Below are positions 1-12,069 of a DNA stretch of 64,000 bases, in pieces. Each line of letters starts with the position of its first letter. The first letter of the stretch is position 1. Below the pieces are notes generated by a model. The model made no database searches. It was not told the origin of the DNA and was given only the letters and a program-made list of their open reading frames with translations. The position numbers were made by a program, and so were the translations under genes. Source of the DNA: Octopus sinensis (lineage: Eukaryota); NCBI RefSeq assembly GCF_006345805.1, contig NW_021829832.1, forward strand, positions 124,001 through 188,000, read 5' to 3'.

Positions 1-290
1 TAGTGATGCTTGTAAGTCGATTGGATGACAAAATACAAATTTTTATATTTTCAAACAATGGTATTGACTTAATAGTCGATAGATTTAAAGATGATGCAAC
101 TAGTGTATCAGAATTTTCGTCCTTTCTCATTCAAAGTTTTACGTTGCTATGGAATTTAAAATCAAAGTTTTTAAATACTCAGTCTTTATCTTTTTAACAA
201 ACAGAAACAAATTAAATCATGCAAAAATGAATCCTTATTTACATCTAAATTCAACAGTTGCCGACAAATTGATTCATCGACTTTTTTCAT
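1..290 (-). CDS. 5' part of a probable leucine-rich-repeat protein running off the left edge
   Basis: Minus-strand translation ends ...IPLFENIKICILSSNRLTSIT, fitting the LxxLxLxxNxL LRR consensus; start and introns uncertain. Confidence 0.4.
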
Positions 291-532
291 TGTGAATAAA
301 ACTTAGCCCTTGCCAGCATATACCACAATACTTTTTGACCTGTTCGAATAGTCGATCTGTTCCATCGAGGTGTCGGCAATTTATAATACTTGTTCACACT
401 TTACGACCTTACTTATAATTATATTTTCAAAATACAATATAAAGAACACATACAACGATGTCCTTTTTTGCAAAATTTATAACAAACGAAAATTAATAAA
501 ACAATTAAACCAGACAATAATAACGAGAGGAA

Positions 533-2010
533 TTAGACAAAGTGAACTTCGGTGTTAAATGGAATTCCTTCCACAGCGTCCCGATTCATATACTTGAGCA
601 AATCCTGAGGCAAGGAAGCGAGACTAGTCCGCGTCCACGAATACAGTTCCAGGCCAAAATCTTCAAAATCAGGATATAACTAAACTAATAAAACCAACCC
701 ACAAAACCGAAAAAACAACATTCTGACCAAGGAAGAAGAAAAATCCTCTAATCTGTGAACCAGCCGGGGAATAATAGACTTGCACTACACCAAAGTAGTA
801 TTTGCAGAGTGGCTCGGTCGCACTCATAAACCCTACAAATATATCAACGAATGACCAGTCTTGACAAGGTTTCTGACCATATAGTCCTTATTTGGCAGAT
901 CCTCCGGGAAGTTGTAAACACACTCGTATATGGAGTAGTGCTCCTCGTCGAAATTATCCTCAAGTACGAAATGAGACTCGACAGTTTATCCTCCGGCGAA
1001 CCAGCCTTGTCGACCACTCCGACATAATGACGTTTAAAATTCTCCAAATTGAACTTGTCACTGAAACGTGACGGACTCAACAACCAACCCACGGGGAGCC
1101 TTTTTGAGGGGATCCTCCATTTTTGGCTCCTCCTCCTTCACTGGAGCCTTTTCTGCTTTTTGAGTTTCTTTCGGCTTTTTCTCCTTTGGGTGCAATTCAG
1201 CATATTTTTTGGCTAAAACATGACCCATCAAAGCCACCATCAAACTGAGCCATCTTCTCACACAACACGACCTCCCCGACAACCTCCTTCACGTTGGGCT
1301 GGTTAATCATTGTGGTAAACCACCGATTCACGTTCACGAAGGGCGCTCTATATTCGGGCTCAAACACCTAAAAGTATTAAAAATGTAAAAAGGAACCATT
1401 TTATAGGCCATGAGGAGTGTACATGTCATACTAATGTCAGCCAAGGTCACCGATTGGCCAACAAAGTATGTTCGAGTACTCAAATATGTATCCACAATCC
1501 CCAACAGTCTTCTAACCTCATCTTTGGCCTTTTCCGTCTCCTTTCAATCATTAATAGTATATAACTTTCTTATTGTAGGGAAGAAACCCCAAACATGGAA
1601 GAATCCAAGTCATTAGGTGTGGAATGAACTCATTTTCGGCCATTAGAGCCCACTGGTGAATATGTGCTGCATCAATCGGTGTGGTCCCCTTCAGTCGTTC
1701 ATCACTCACTGCAATGAGGTGAGGACATACAGTAATAGGCAATTGCGATTGTCTCGGTTAGGAAATGTCCGTCGGCTGTTTCGAGTGCCGGGATCTGAAA
1801 TGTGGGGAATGAGGAGTACTTTCCCGAGGGGGAATTTGGAGAGGAATTCGACTGATTTGTTTGTGACACCCATTTGAAACTCGGTCGAGTCGGTGACATG
1901 GAGGGGGATGTTGGAGTACTTGGCTGCTATGATTCCTTTTTGGGCACGAATGCCGTCTTTGTAGGTGTAGAGAGTCTGTTTAATGAAATAATTTAAAAAG
2001 CCACATTCAT
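533..2010 (-). CDS. EEF1G: Translation elongation factor 1-gamma (multi-exon)
   Basis: Spliced N-terminus MN|[21 protein letters not shown] (28-nt intron), GST-like domain ([21 protein letters not shown]; [12 protein letters not shown]), K/E linker, and [11 protein letters not shown]-terminal domain. Confidence 0.93.
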
Positions 2011-2308
2011 AGAGACCGAGTGCACGTTAGAATATTTTATTGTTGATTTGGTTTAACTAGTTTTTTATTTTTGCAAATTTAATTATAAATATTACTAATT
2101 TTTAAATCATTTAGGATATTTAATAATAGAGTATAGAGAAATTTCTTTCCAAACTGTCATAGATAAATTTATATTAAATAAATATGATTTTTTTTGATAT
2201 TACTTAAATACAAATTAGATAATTTAATATTATCTAATTATTAATAATAGTCGTTAAACACACGTTTTCTTGTGGTTCGGCTTATTTACTACTCATCACA
2301 TCCTAGTT

Positions 2309-2996
2309 ATGGCAGAAGTTATTGAGGAGATTCCAATCATCGAAACAACCGCAACCAACATCGAAAATATAACCGAATCTCTTCAAGACATCAATGTTAC
2401 CGAAGATTCGCCAGAAAATAGAGATACCAAACCTCCATGCCCCCTCTCGAAGACATGACTCAGTCACAACAAAAATTACCCCGAAAAAATGAGAAAAAAA
2501 TGCGCAAAGCAATGGCCTCCTTTGGTTGTTTTCCATCCCAAACACCGACAGGACTCAAGCCCTCACCCGGAGTGGTCAAAGTAGTCATGAAAGGTCCCAG
2601 CGGTAACTTCTACGTCTCCAATCCCGACGTCTACCGATGTCCCACCAGCAACATGTTTGTCTTCTTTGGGGATCTTAAGGTAATTCCTCAGCTTTATAAA
2701 ATAGACGGAGGCTCAGGAACAACAGGCTCAGTTGGCGGCCGCACAGAAGTTTCAGACTGCACCTCGGGCTGCTGTCCCTACTAGCACTGTGGTGGAGGAG
2801 GAAGATGAGGACGTGGGTGTTGGTTGATAGTCGTAGTTGAATGCGGATGGGCTGAATGAGGAGGATATTCTCCTTGTTATGAGTCAGTGTGGAGTGTCCA
2901 GGAATAAAGCAATCAAATCTATCAGAGAGGCTGGCAACGATTTTGTCGCTGCCATCATGGTATTGCCTTCTTTCTATTTTCCAGAATCTCAATTAG
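2309..2996 (+). CDS. NACA: Nascent polypeptide-associated complex subunit alpha
   Basis: KNEKKMRKAM, NAC domain FYVSNPDVYRCPTSNMFVFFGDLK, UBA-like EEDILLVMSQCGVSRNKAIKSIREAGNDFVAAIM; 24-27 nt introns restore the frame. Confidence 0.92.
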
Positions 2997-3322
2997 TTAT
3001 CAGATTTGTCTAATTGGCTCGTTTATTCTTTTTATGATTTCCTTGTTATTTATTAGTCATCTTTCGCCATTTATGTCGAGAACTTTTTTATGTTATAGCC
3101 CGGTGTCGATTGACTATCATGCTTTGGGTTTTGGCTATTTTATAAAAAGCAATATGGTTTGCAGGGTGTTGTTAATTCGACCAATCGTGTAATGTCGAGG
3201 AAGGGACTAATTGGCCTTGTTTTAGTAGCAATCGAGTGTTGTCAGGTTGAATGTTCTTTATACGACTGAATTGATGCAATGAAATATAAAGAGTTATAAC
3301 CATGTTATTAGTATTGTTAAGT

Positions 3323-4967
3323 TTAGTTGGATGATTTATATCCAACTGCAGCAGCCACTGCCGCTCCTTTTCCACTGCCATCTGATGAAAGAATAGTTTT
3401 AAACTGCACACGTTATGTAAACCAAGAACTGCCTTTTTCCCCGTTTTGACAAATTGAGAAATCATTGACTCCATCTTTTTCGAAAAGAATGCATGAAACC
3501 GATAAAGAGACCCGTCAATGGCTATGACGATATAATCAGAGTCCACTCTATCAATGAGGACTCCGAGGCCTTATGTCAATTTTATGAACACCAACCACAT
3601 GCGACTAAAGCTGCAGCTCTTTCGCTAACTATCCGACAAACGTACTGTATTAAAGTCATAAAAGGAAGACTCGGATTCTCAAACCCCAAACCTTCAAAAA
3701 TCGCCCTTGTTTTTGCGAATTTGTCAGTGTCACTGAATAATCGTGCAAAAATAGTACTTTGCTATTTCAGAGATATATTTGGTCGGAAAACACTGTTTTT
3801 CATTCAAAACAGCGGACAGTTTAACTTTGGAAGAAACAAGACATTTTTCTTTCTCCAACTGCAGAATAACCAGCCGCACAATTTCCCCCAAGTAGTAGCC
3901 TGATATCATTTTTTCGAAACTTGGATAAATCACAAACAATATACATTTGTTCGCCTTTATTTATAGAACTCTGATCAATCAATTTGTCAAATTCTGTCGA
4001 AATAAACGTCAGTTCCCCGTTTCCGCCAAATGCACCCCACTCGGTGTTGATTATCTGCAATTGTGACTGTTATGTTTAAACCATTTTGCCATCTTTGTCC
4101 GAATCACCGCCCAGTGTTTCCACATTAACAGTATTTTCAATATATGCTGCATTTGTGCCAGTTCCTGACATTTTAACTAACAAATATACCAATAATTAGG
4201 CCAATTGAAGTCTGACTGTTTTCGAGAGCGCATGCGAGCAAAGTCCCTACCGTGTCATTGACGACAGCAAAACAGCGGACGTTCATATCCTTAGACTGAC
4301 ATTACAATTTGGACTTTTTTTCCGATCGACTTGTGAAGTAATTCGACAATATTTTTCCCGACAACTCCCTCACAATTAAAATCTTTAGTCCAACGAATTA
4401 GCACTGCATGGTCAAGTCCAGATTGGACACACGGAAATGAGAATGTGAACCCTAATGGAATCGGACGGGGATTTGATTGTTTGGTCACGTCGATTTTATA
4501 AATGGATAAAAATAATTCCATGCAATCCGCAATGTGGTCAAAAAGCTAAATTACGGAGAGGGTGTGTACTGTTTCCGCAGTCCCATATCGACAATCGTAT
4601 GGAATTTCAAATACTTTGTTATGCATTTTAATATTCCCCGACCCAATTAATTCAATCATTAATACTCGAAAATTAGTTCCGCCTAAATCGAGAGCTATAA
4701 ATTTTCCCTTTTCTAGCAAACATAATTAGAGCAAACTACCATCACGGGGGAGATCGGTGACATATGAGGGAATCATTTTTAAGGATGAAATGTTGCTATT
4801 CTGAATTGAAAGGCCAGCTTTTACTGATTCCTCTAATTTGTCACGCACTTGTAACAATTGGGTTTGGCTGATGATTAAAGGAGAAACAATTTCATTTATC
4901 TACTAAATAAATTTGGCACACCCTCCTTTATTCTAATTTCATCAGAGAATAGGCCGCATAGCTCCAT
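3323..4967 (-). CDS. HK: Hexokinase (single ~50 kDa unit, multi-exon)
   Basis: LKMIPSYV, IALDLGGTNFRV, PLGFTFSFPC, LIRWTKDF, IINTEWGAFG, FEKMISGYYLGEIVR, IAIDGSLY, SSDGSGKGAAVAAAV; start codon approximate. Confidence 0.93.
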
Positions 4968-5550
4968 TTATTAAAAATTTTATTTCTTTAATCAATTCAT
5001 TATCAAAATTGATTATCAAAATATATTATAATTAAGCAGAAAACTTGAATTTGCCTACCGGAAGATTCCCACTGAGGGTTTTCCCATACTTATATTCATT
5101 TTCACTTTTATATCTGGCAGACAAATTATGTTTCTAAAGAAATCCAATTCCCTTAATGAAGTAATTGTTATGCAGAGAAATAAGAGGAGTAAGCATTACA
5201 AAAATTGTTTAATACCGGAATTACTTTGAAATTCCACAGAAAAACTACGGTCAATAATATGCGTGGCGTCCTCACTTTATCAACTCATTAATATATCAAC
5301 CCTCAGGAGACTGCACCTGAATCTGAAAACAAATATTTTTTATTTTTCATCTTTTTCAATCCTCTATTTGATCGAAAGCGTCTGGAAAATGGAGGCTACT
5401 CGTTAAAGAGTATCATTTAAGATCAACCTGAGTGATCATATTCCCCACTGGGCTGATCGAAAAGTGCCTACTTTGGAAGAAGATATCTGAAAGTCAAATC
5501 AGTTTTATCTAAAAAGGACTCAGGTGAAGGGAGAATACGTTACTGGATAG

Positions 5551-6519
5551 TTTTTCCAGGCAAAATATGTAAAAAGAAGACCGTCTTTTAAAGTTATTTT
5601 TTTATGAGCTTCCAGTGGATTTTCTCCATTTTCAATTTTTTTCTAACATAAACTCAAATTTAAGTTTATTAAAATGTCCTTTGAAGGATCTAATGATTCC
5701 TTGATTCATTGGTTGTAGAATTGTTGTAGTCTTCGAAGGTAGGTAAAGAACTTCAATTGACTGTAAATCAGCGTAAAGTTTATGGGATGGGCATCGATCC
5801 ACAACTAAAAGAATTTTTCGTTTTTTAGATGCCTATCTTATGTTAGAAGCCATTCGTTAAAAATTTTACTTGTCATCCATGCTTTTGGTGAATGACAGTA
5901 ATCGACAAAATTTTCGACTTTAAAATTTTTAAAGCAGCGAGGTTTCTGGAACTTTCCAATCATAAGTGGAATTTTTTTGTCTGTCCCAGTCATATTGAGC
6001 ATAGCAACAAAGAAAATCTAAAAAATAAATAAAAATTAAACCGTTCTTTAAGGATTTTATGTCCATGTCGAACCTTCTGACAACACTTTTTGAAGGGATA
6101 GATTTGTAAAAAATCCCAGTTTCATCAGCGTTATAAATGTTTTCAGCATTATATTGTTGAATCTTTGCAGAGATCAAAGAAGTAAATGCATCAATTTCTT
6201 GTTTCTGATCAACTGCTCAACTGCTATACGGTCCATCGTGAGACTTTTGTTCTCCTCCATATACGCAAGAATGCGACGTTTTCCATTAAAAGACAATCTT
6301 TAGCACTTACGCATGTTAAATTCAGCCTGGTTGAAATATTTTATATAAAAAATAGTTTAACCAAAAAAAATATTTTTAAAAATTAATGGCGAGATTTAGA
6401 AAATGGCGAGCAATAGAATATTTATCAAAATTTACTAGAAATTTTTAATTTTTGAAAAATATGTGGCGAGCAATAGAGGTGGCGAGTAACAGAGGTGGCG
6501 AGCACCAGAGGTTTTACTG
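5551..6519 (-). mobile_element. pogo/Tigger DNA transposon, 3'-truncated copy, inverted relative to 7480-9076
   Basis: Reverse complement of about 7480-8449, differing mainly in homopolymer lengths; 5' TIR CAGTAAAACCTCTGGTGCTCGCCA with flanking TA at 6520-6521; NIYNADETG motif. Confidence 0.9.
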
Positions 6520-6529
6520 TATAAACTTA

Positions 6530-6800
6530 CGACTAAATATGTAAACAGTAATCTCTGCGATTTTGTAGATATTATCTACTTACGAACACTGAAATAAATG
6601 CTTGGGCTGATCCGAGGCGCCCCCGTACATTCGAAACACAAATTGGTACTCCATCAGGCGACTCCTTATTTCCAATATTGTTATTTACCCCAGGCTGCCC
6701 TCAAAAACCTAAGAGCAGAAATTGGGCCGAGTTCAATCACGTATTTGTTCTGCCTACACTGCATTACAACTCTGGAACGTGGTGCCTAAACGAGACATCC
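6530..6800 (+). pseudogene. Degenerate non-LTR (RTE-like) reverse transcriptase fragment
   Basis: IGTPSGDSLFPILLF...AALKNLR resembles GTLQGDSLSPVLFVIYLEAALRDV of the element at 21000-22420. Confidence 0.5.
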
Positions 6801-7479
6801 ACAGTGGACCTTACAACACTAAAATGCAACTAAAAAATGCGAAAGACCTTTCCAGGGGATTGTGGAGTTTGGTAAGAAAAGTGGAGCACAAGCGACCTCC
6901 GGGTGCGGCACAAACGACGATAAAAACTTACGTTCCTCGTCAATAATAATCTAATTTTTATTGATGTTTGCAAATATCTGCAAAGTCAGAAATTTGGTAT
7001 TAGAAGAGGGCGAAGTACTCAATGGACTTGAGGAATGTAAATGTTTTGGTGTGCTTAAAAAATCTTCTAACCAAATCTAAAAATCGGCCTTTGCACGTGT
7101 GCTCTTACAGTTCGAGGGATGACAGAAAAATTGTCTAATTAATGAGATGGATGGCGCTGTTTATCAATCAAATAGATTTTCAAATTTTTTCGCGTACCTC
7201 CTACTGAATCTTACGTACCCAGTTTGAGAACCACAGCATTATGTAGTTATTCTAAGCATTTTACTGTGTTAGGAATGGTGAGAATTTGTCAGATAATCAT
7301 TACTAGAATACTTGTATGTTGTGCATTAATACTTTGAAAAATAATCTATTTCTCTTCAATATGAAAATTTTAATCTTTGATTGAATTCTCTGTCGTCAGA
7401 AAATTGGTCTCTGAAAAACATTCACACGTAATTAATGCACATTGCCAGATTGGTTATTTACAATTTAAATAAATATATA

Positions 7480-9076
7480 CAGTAAAACCTCTGGTGCTCG
7501 CCACCTCTGTTACTCGCCACCTCTATTGCTCGCCACATATTTTTCAAAAAATTAAAAATTTCTAGTAAATTTTGATAAATATTCTATTGCTCGCCATTTT
7601 CTAAATCTCGCCATTAATTTTTAAAAATATTTTTTTTGGTTAAACTATTTTTTATATAAAATATTTCAACCAGGCTGAATTTAACATGCGTAAGTGCTAA
7701 AGATTGTCTTTTAATGGAAAACGTCGCATTCTTGCGTATATGGAGGAGAACAAAAGTCTCACGATGGACCGTATAGCAGTTGAGCAGTTGATCAGAAACA
7801 AGAAATTGATGCATTTACTTCTTTGATCTCTGCAAAGATTCAACAATATAATGCTGAAAACATTTATAACGCTGATGAAACTGGGATTTTTTACAAATCT
7901 ATCCCTTCAAAAAGTGTTTGTCAGAAGGTTCGACATGGACATAAAATCCTTAAAGAACGGTTTAATTTTTATTTATTTTTTAGATTTTCTTTGTTGCTAT
8001 GCTCAAATATGACTGGGACAGACAAAAAAATTCCACTTATGATTGGAAAGTTCCAGAAACCTCGCTGCTTTAAAAATTTTAAAGTCGAAAATTTTGTCGA
8101 TTACTGTCATTCACCAAAAGCATGGATGACAAGTAAAATTTTTAACGAATGGCTTCTAACATAAGATAGGCATCTAAAAAACGAAAAATTCTTTTAGTTG
8201 TGGATCGATGCCCATCCCATAAACTTTACGCTGATTTACAGTCAATTGAAGTTCTTTACCTACCTTCGAAGACTACAACAATTCTACAACCAATGAATCA
8301 AGGAATCATTAGATCCTTCAAAGGACATTTTAATAAACTTAAATTTGAGTTTATGTTAGAAAAAATTGAAAATGGAGAAAATCCACTGGAAGCTCATAAA
8401 AAATAACTTTAAAAGACGGTCTTCTTTTTACATATTTTGCCTGGAAAAAAGTAACGACCAAAAACAATTACAAATTGTTTCGGACATTCAAAATGGATCG
8501 AATGTGAAAATCAATTCGAAAGACCAACTGTTGAAATTGATAATTATGATCAAATGGTAAATATCTTGAAAATATTGGACCCGGTGGATAAAGATGATTT
8601 TATTAATCATGAATTTACCGAAATAGATGAAATTGAAGATTACCTTAATATTGCTGGAGATTCTTTTCCACACAAATATGACGATGAAGATACTCATAAT
8701 GACGAATCTCATGTGACTTCAGAAGAGGCTTTGAAAATGTTGAAAAGAATAAAGTCATTCTTTTATCAAAATGAAAATTTTGATATAAATTCGTTGGAAC
8801 TAATCGAAACCGTTATTAAAAATATGGCTGAATTAAAAAAAATTATTAAAGATTTTTTTAGTTAATTTTTTCCTTTTAATTTCTTTCGATTCTCTTTGTT
8901 TCTTTGCTCAAATATGACTTGGAAGGCTCACTTATGATCGGAAAGTATCGAAAACGGAGATGTTTTCAAAATTTCAATGTCAACAAATTTATTGATTATT
9001 TCTATTGCTCGCCAAATTCTATTGCTCGCCATTTTTTCTTCGGTCCCGAAAATGGCGAGCACCAGAGGTTTTACTG
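7480..9076 (+). mobile_element. pogo/Tigger (DDE_1) DNA transposon with both TIRs, internally deleted and frameshifted
   Basis: TIRs CAGTAAAACCTCTGGTGCTCGCCA at 7480 and its reverse complement ending 9076, TA on both sides, subterminal CTCGCCA repeats, motifs NIYNADETG, LLLCSNMTG, AWMTSKIF, VDRCPSH, LQPMNQGII. Confidence 0.92.
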
Positions 9077-9230
9077 TATGTCAAAATAAATAGGAATGAA
9101 GTCACACAATCCTTATCAGTTTCCAACAAACAAATGACCAAAATTTCATTGCAGAAAAATAATATACTCCGATTTCAAAAAATAAAGTCATGAATATTAT
9201 TATTGCTCATAAAACTTAAAATAGAATAGA

Positions 9231-10840
9231 TTAGCTATTCATTGGAGTCGAGCTGACGAAACTCGGGAATATAATCGACACGGCAATGATATTGGTGATG
9301 AGATACACAATAAAAAATAGCCTGTCAAGAACAAGAGCACACGTTCGCCACTCAATAAGCATTTTCTCATTCTTTTCCTTGTCTTTTTGGCGAATTAAAT
9401 ATCCACGAATGTTATCGCGAATTTCTCGGACGTCACTTTCGACGCTCGCGGAAATTTCCCCCGAATGACTGAGTGGAAGACGTTCTTGTTTGTCCGTAAG
9501 ATGAATCCGACTTTGATATGGGGATGTTTCCAAATCTGTCCATTCTTGGATTTCCACACCAAAGCCCTCCTTAATAAATTCTTGTTCTTGTTCATCTGTC
9601 GGATCGACAGATCTGAATTGTTTAAGCTTCAGCTCTTTCTCCATCCAGAGCAATCGTCCCAAAATTATTATCACCTAATAGGTACACATTCATTTTGCGA
9701 CCTTCTTAACTCGAAGAGGAACTGGGTTTCGTTTTTCTCCGCGCATGTAGAAATTAACGACGACTGCTGCAAGAAAAGTAGAGAGAGTGATCAGAATCAT
9801 GTTAAGGACGAAATAGGCACCTTAAAGAATTGTAAATTTTTGTAGAAACCGAGAAGTGGGACTGTCGAAGCCGCCTTCGGAGTGGATTCAGCCAGCAATA
9901 ACAAAAGCACAAAAAAGGCCACATAAATGTTCATTCCAAGCAGCATCTTTGAAGGGGACTCGGGTGGGATCCAAAAAATGGCAAGAGTAAGCATAGAAAG
10001 CAAGACACAGGGGAGCACAAGGATGTAATGATAGAACCCTCCCTTTCGCTGTAGTTTCAAATAAAAGGTTATGTCGACGAAATATTCCTCGCAACAAACA
10101 TATTTTTTGACATTTCGGACAGCATTCGACTCCAAAATACGCCACTCATTACTTTCAACGTAATCCGCGAGTTCAAATCCTTCGACGTCTTTGTAAAAGG
10201 CCAAGTCGAGGTCCAATCCGTTGTAACTCCAGGATCCGAACTTCATTATACATTTTTGTGTGTCGAATGGAAAGTAGGTGATGTCAATGGGACACGAAGA
10301 TTTAAAAATAGTTTGTGGCATCCACAAAACATTTCCGTTGGAAGAAATCACTAGTAGTGCATCTCTTTTCTCTTCTAATCTCATGTCGGCACTAAACTGT
10401 GTCAGAAAACGCAGGACTAACTAATTATATAACTTGATGTCAGGCGTCCAGGCAAAACTACTTGGAACTCGAATCACGTCGACGTTGTCATATTCGGAGC
10501 TGTTCCATGCCAATAAATGATCATTCCAGGACTTAAGAATGTATCAAAGTAATACGTATGTGCACCACACGTTGGTAGAAAGGACTTGGTTTTTTTCGTC
10601 AAGGTTAAGGATCTGAATCAGGGAAAGTCCAAATTGGATTATAATGACTTCGGAAGTAGATTTTACTGGTCTTCCGAGGACGCCCGAATCGCGATAAGAA
10701 TTCATCAACTCCTTTATTAATAATTTTTCGGATGACAAATTGTCAGAACCTACACGTCGGTAAATGATTATAAACTTGTTGACTTAGAGCCAAAAAATAA
10801 AAAGGCGGTCAAGTAAAGAAGGAAACCTTTCTCTGTCATT
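9231..10840 (-). CDS. Nicotinic acetylcholine receptor alpha-type subunit (Cys-loop), probably anion-selective clade
   Basis: Signal peptide, Cys-loop CPIDITYFPFDTQKC, loop B GSWSY, vicinal cysteines YVCC, M1-M2 linker IPPESPSKMLLG, M4 VLDRLFFIVY. Confidence 0.93.
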
Positions 10841-11479
10841 TCATGCAGATAATCCTAGGTCTCGTATGCGCCACTAAAACTAATTCTAATATACGGGATT
10901 TTTGAGCCGCATTAATTATTTGTTACCGGAGATACAGATGATTTTCTTAATGCAATTAGCGACATTTTACTAGAATAACAATAATTTCAATTAATGTCAT
11001 TTTATTTGGAAATCAATATTCATTCATTAACTATTTTACTTCATTAGCAGAAATTCACTTTCTTGAAAATATAAATTGACAATTTTCTCTTTCTAATTCA
11101 TTTAATTATTTTAGGAATTTCTTGAAAATCTATTTTCCAATAAAACAGCAATTTTGCTATACTCACAGCATTTTTCGATACAATTACTATTCAAGACACG
11201 TCACATTGAAGTACGTAGTTGGATCCATTTTTGTGAAAGCTTTAGAAAATAATTAAGAATATTTAAGAATGAAATTCACTAAAAATTGACTAAAAATAAA
11301 TCCGAAAAACATTTAATACAAAAACAAGATAACCTTGAGTTATTGTCAATTCAAATAGAACAACGGTGATAGAAAGGAAGTAACACAGAAAATACACAAA
11401 AAACTACAAAATCGATATGTATTGATCTTTTTTTACTTTTCCATAAACAGCTAATTTTGGATAATCTTTATATTTTCAG

Positions 11480-11830
11480 ACCTCAAACTTATGCGAGTGA
11501 AGGTCAAAACCTTCAGTTTGCATGCCCTGATCTTGAGCAGAATGTGCGCTGTGCATGCCTTATGATAATTCGCAAAGACCTTACGGAGGCAACTCGGTAA
11601 ACATGTACTTTCGTATGGAATGTAACCTGTGCGGACACCTTTGCTCTGGGGACTGTCACTCAGTCTGTGTCATGGCTTCGCGTCTCGTCAACCCGACGAA
11701 AACAAACAGAGGAAGTATGGGTCGATTCCTCTCTTCGTCCCAATCCCCACGGAGACGAGCAGCATGATTGGGCCCGAGAAGATTAGGATTCTTTCGTCGA
11801 CCGGGAAGTTCATTGGAAATTAAAATAAAT
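11480..11830 (+). pseudogene. Old degenerate CRE-type retroelement endonuclease (RLE) fragment
   Basis: Plus-strand pieces SLHAL, DNSQRPYGG (cf. GDGKRPDG), WNVTCADTFA, RKYGSIPLFVPIPTETSSMIGP match the C-terminus of the CRE at 12034-14528. Confidence 0.6.
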
Positions 11831-12030
11831 AGTAATGAGATCACATTCAACAGGACCACCTGCCAAAAGACCAAGACCTTAACAACCAGAAGCACATCAC
11901 CCTGATTCAATTCATCAAAAAAACTGCTCCCCGCCCGTCACGCACTTGAGTTGAGTCCAGAGTCCAACATCGAGAAAAACTAAGAAAGATTTTGAGGATT
12001 GTTGGAATTACCTAATTAATTAGCCTAATT

Positions 12031-12033
<3 letters not shown>

Positions 12034-12069
<36 letters not shown>

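Noticed and set aside
2395-2445. Apparent frameshift in NACA
   Set aside because: A canonical 26-nt intron (GTTACC..AAATAG) restores the frame, so it was not counted as an indel.
6400-7615. Repeated CTCGCCA/TGGCGAG motifs resembling a CRISPR-like or regulatory array
   Set aside because: They are subterminal transposase-binding repeats of the pogo TIRs; there are no unique spacers of constant length and no cas genes.
11656-12033. Minus-strand ORF 11656-11910 and the idea that the young CRE sits in a 22-nt host intron (GTTAATTAGGCTAATTAATTAG)
   Set aside because: Both flanks translate better on the plus strand as decayed CRE endonuclease; no coherent host protein could be assembled across the site.
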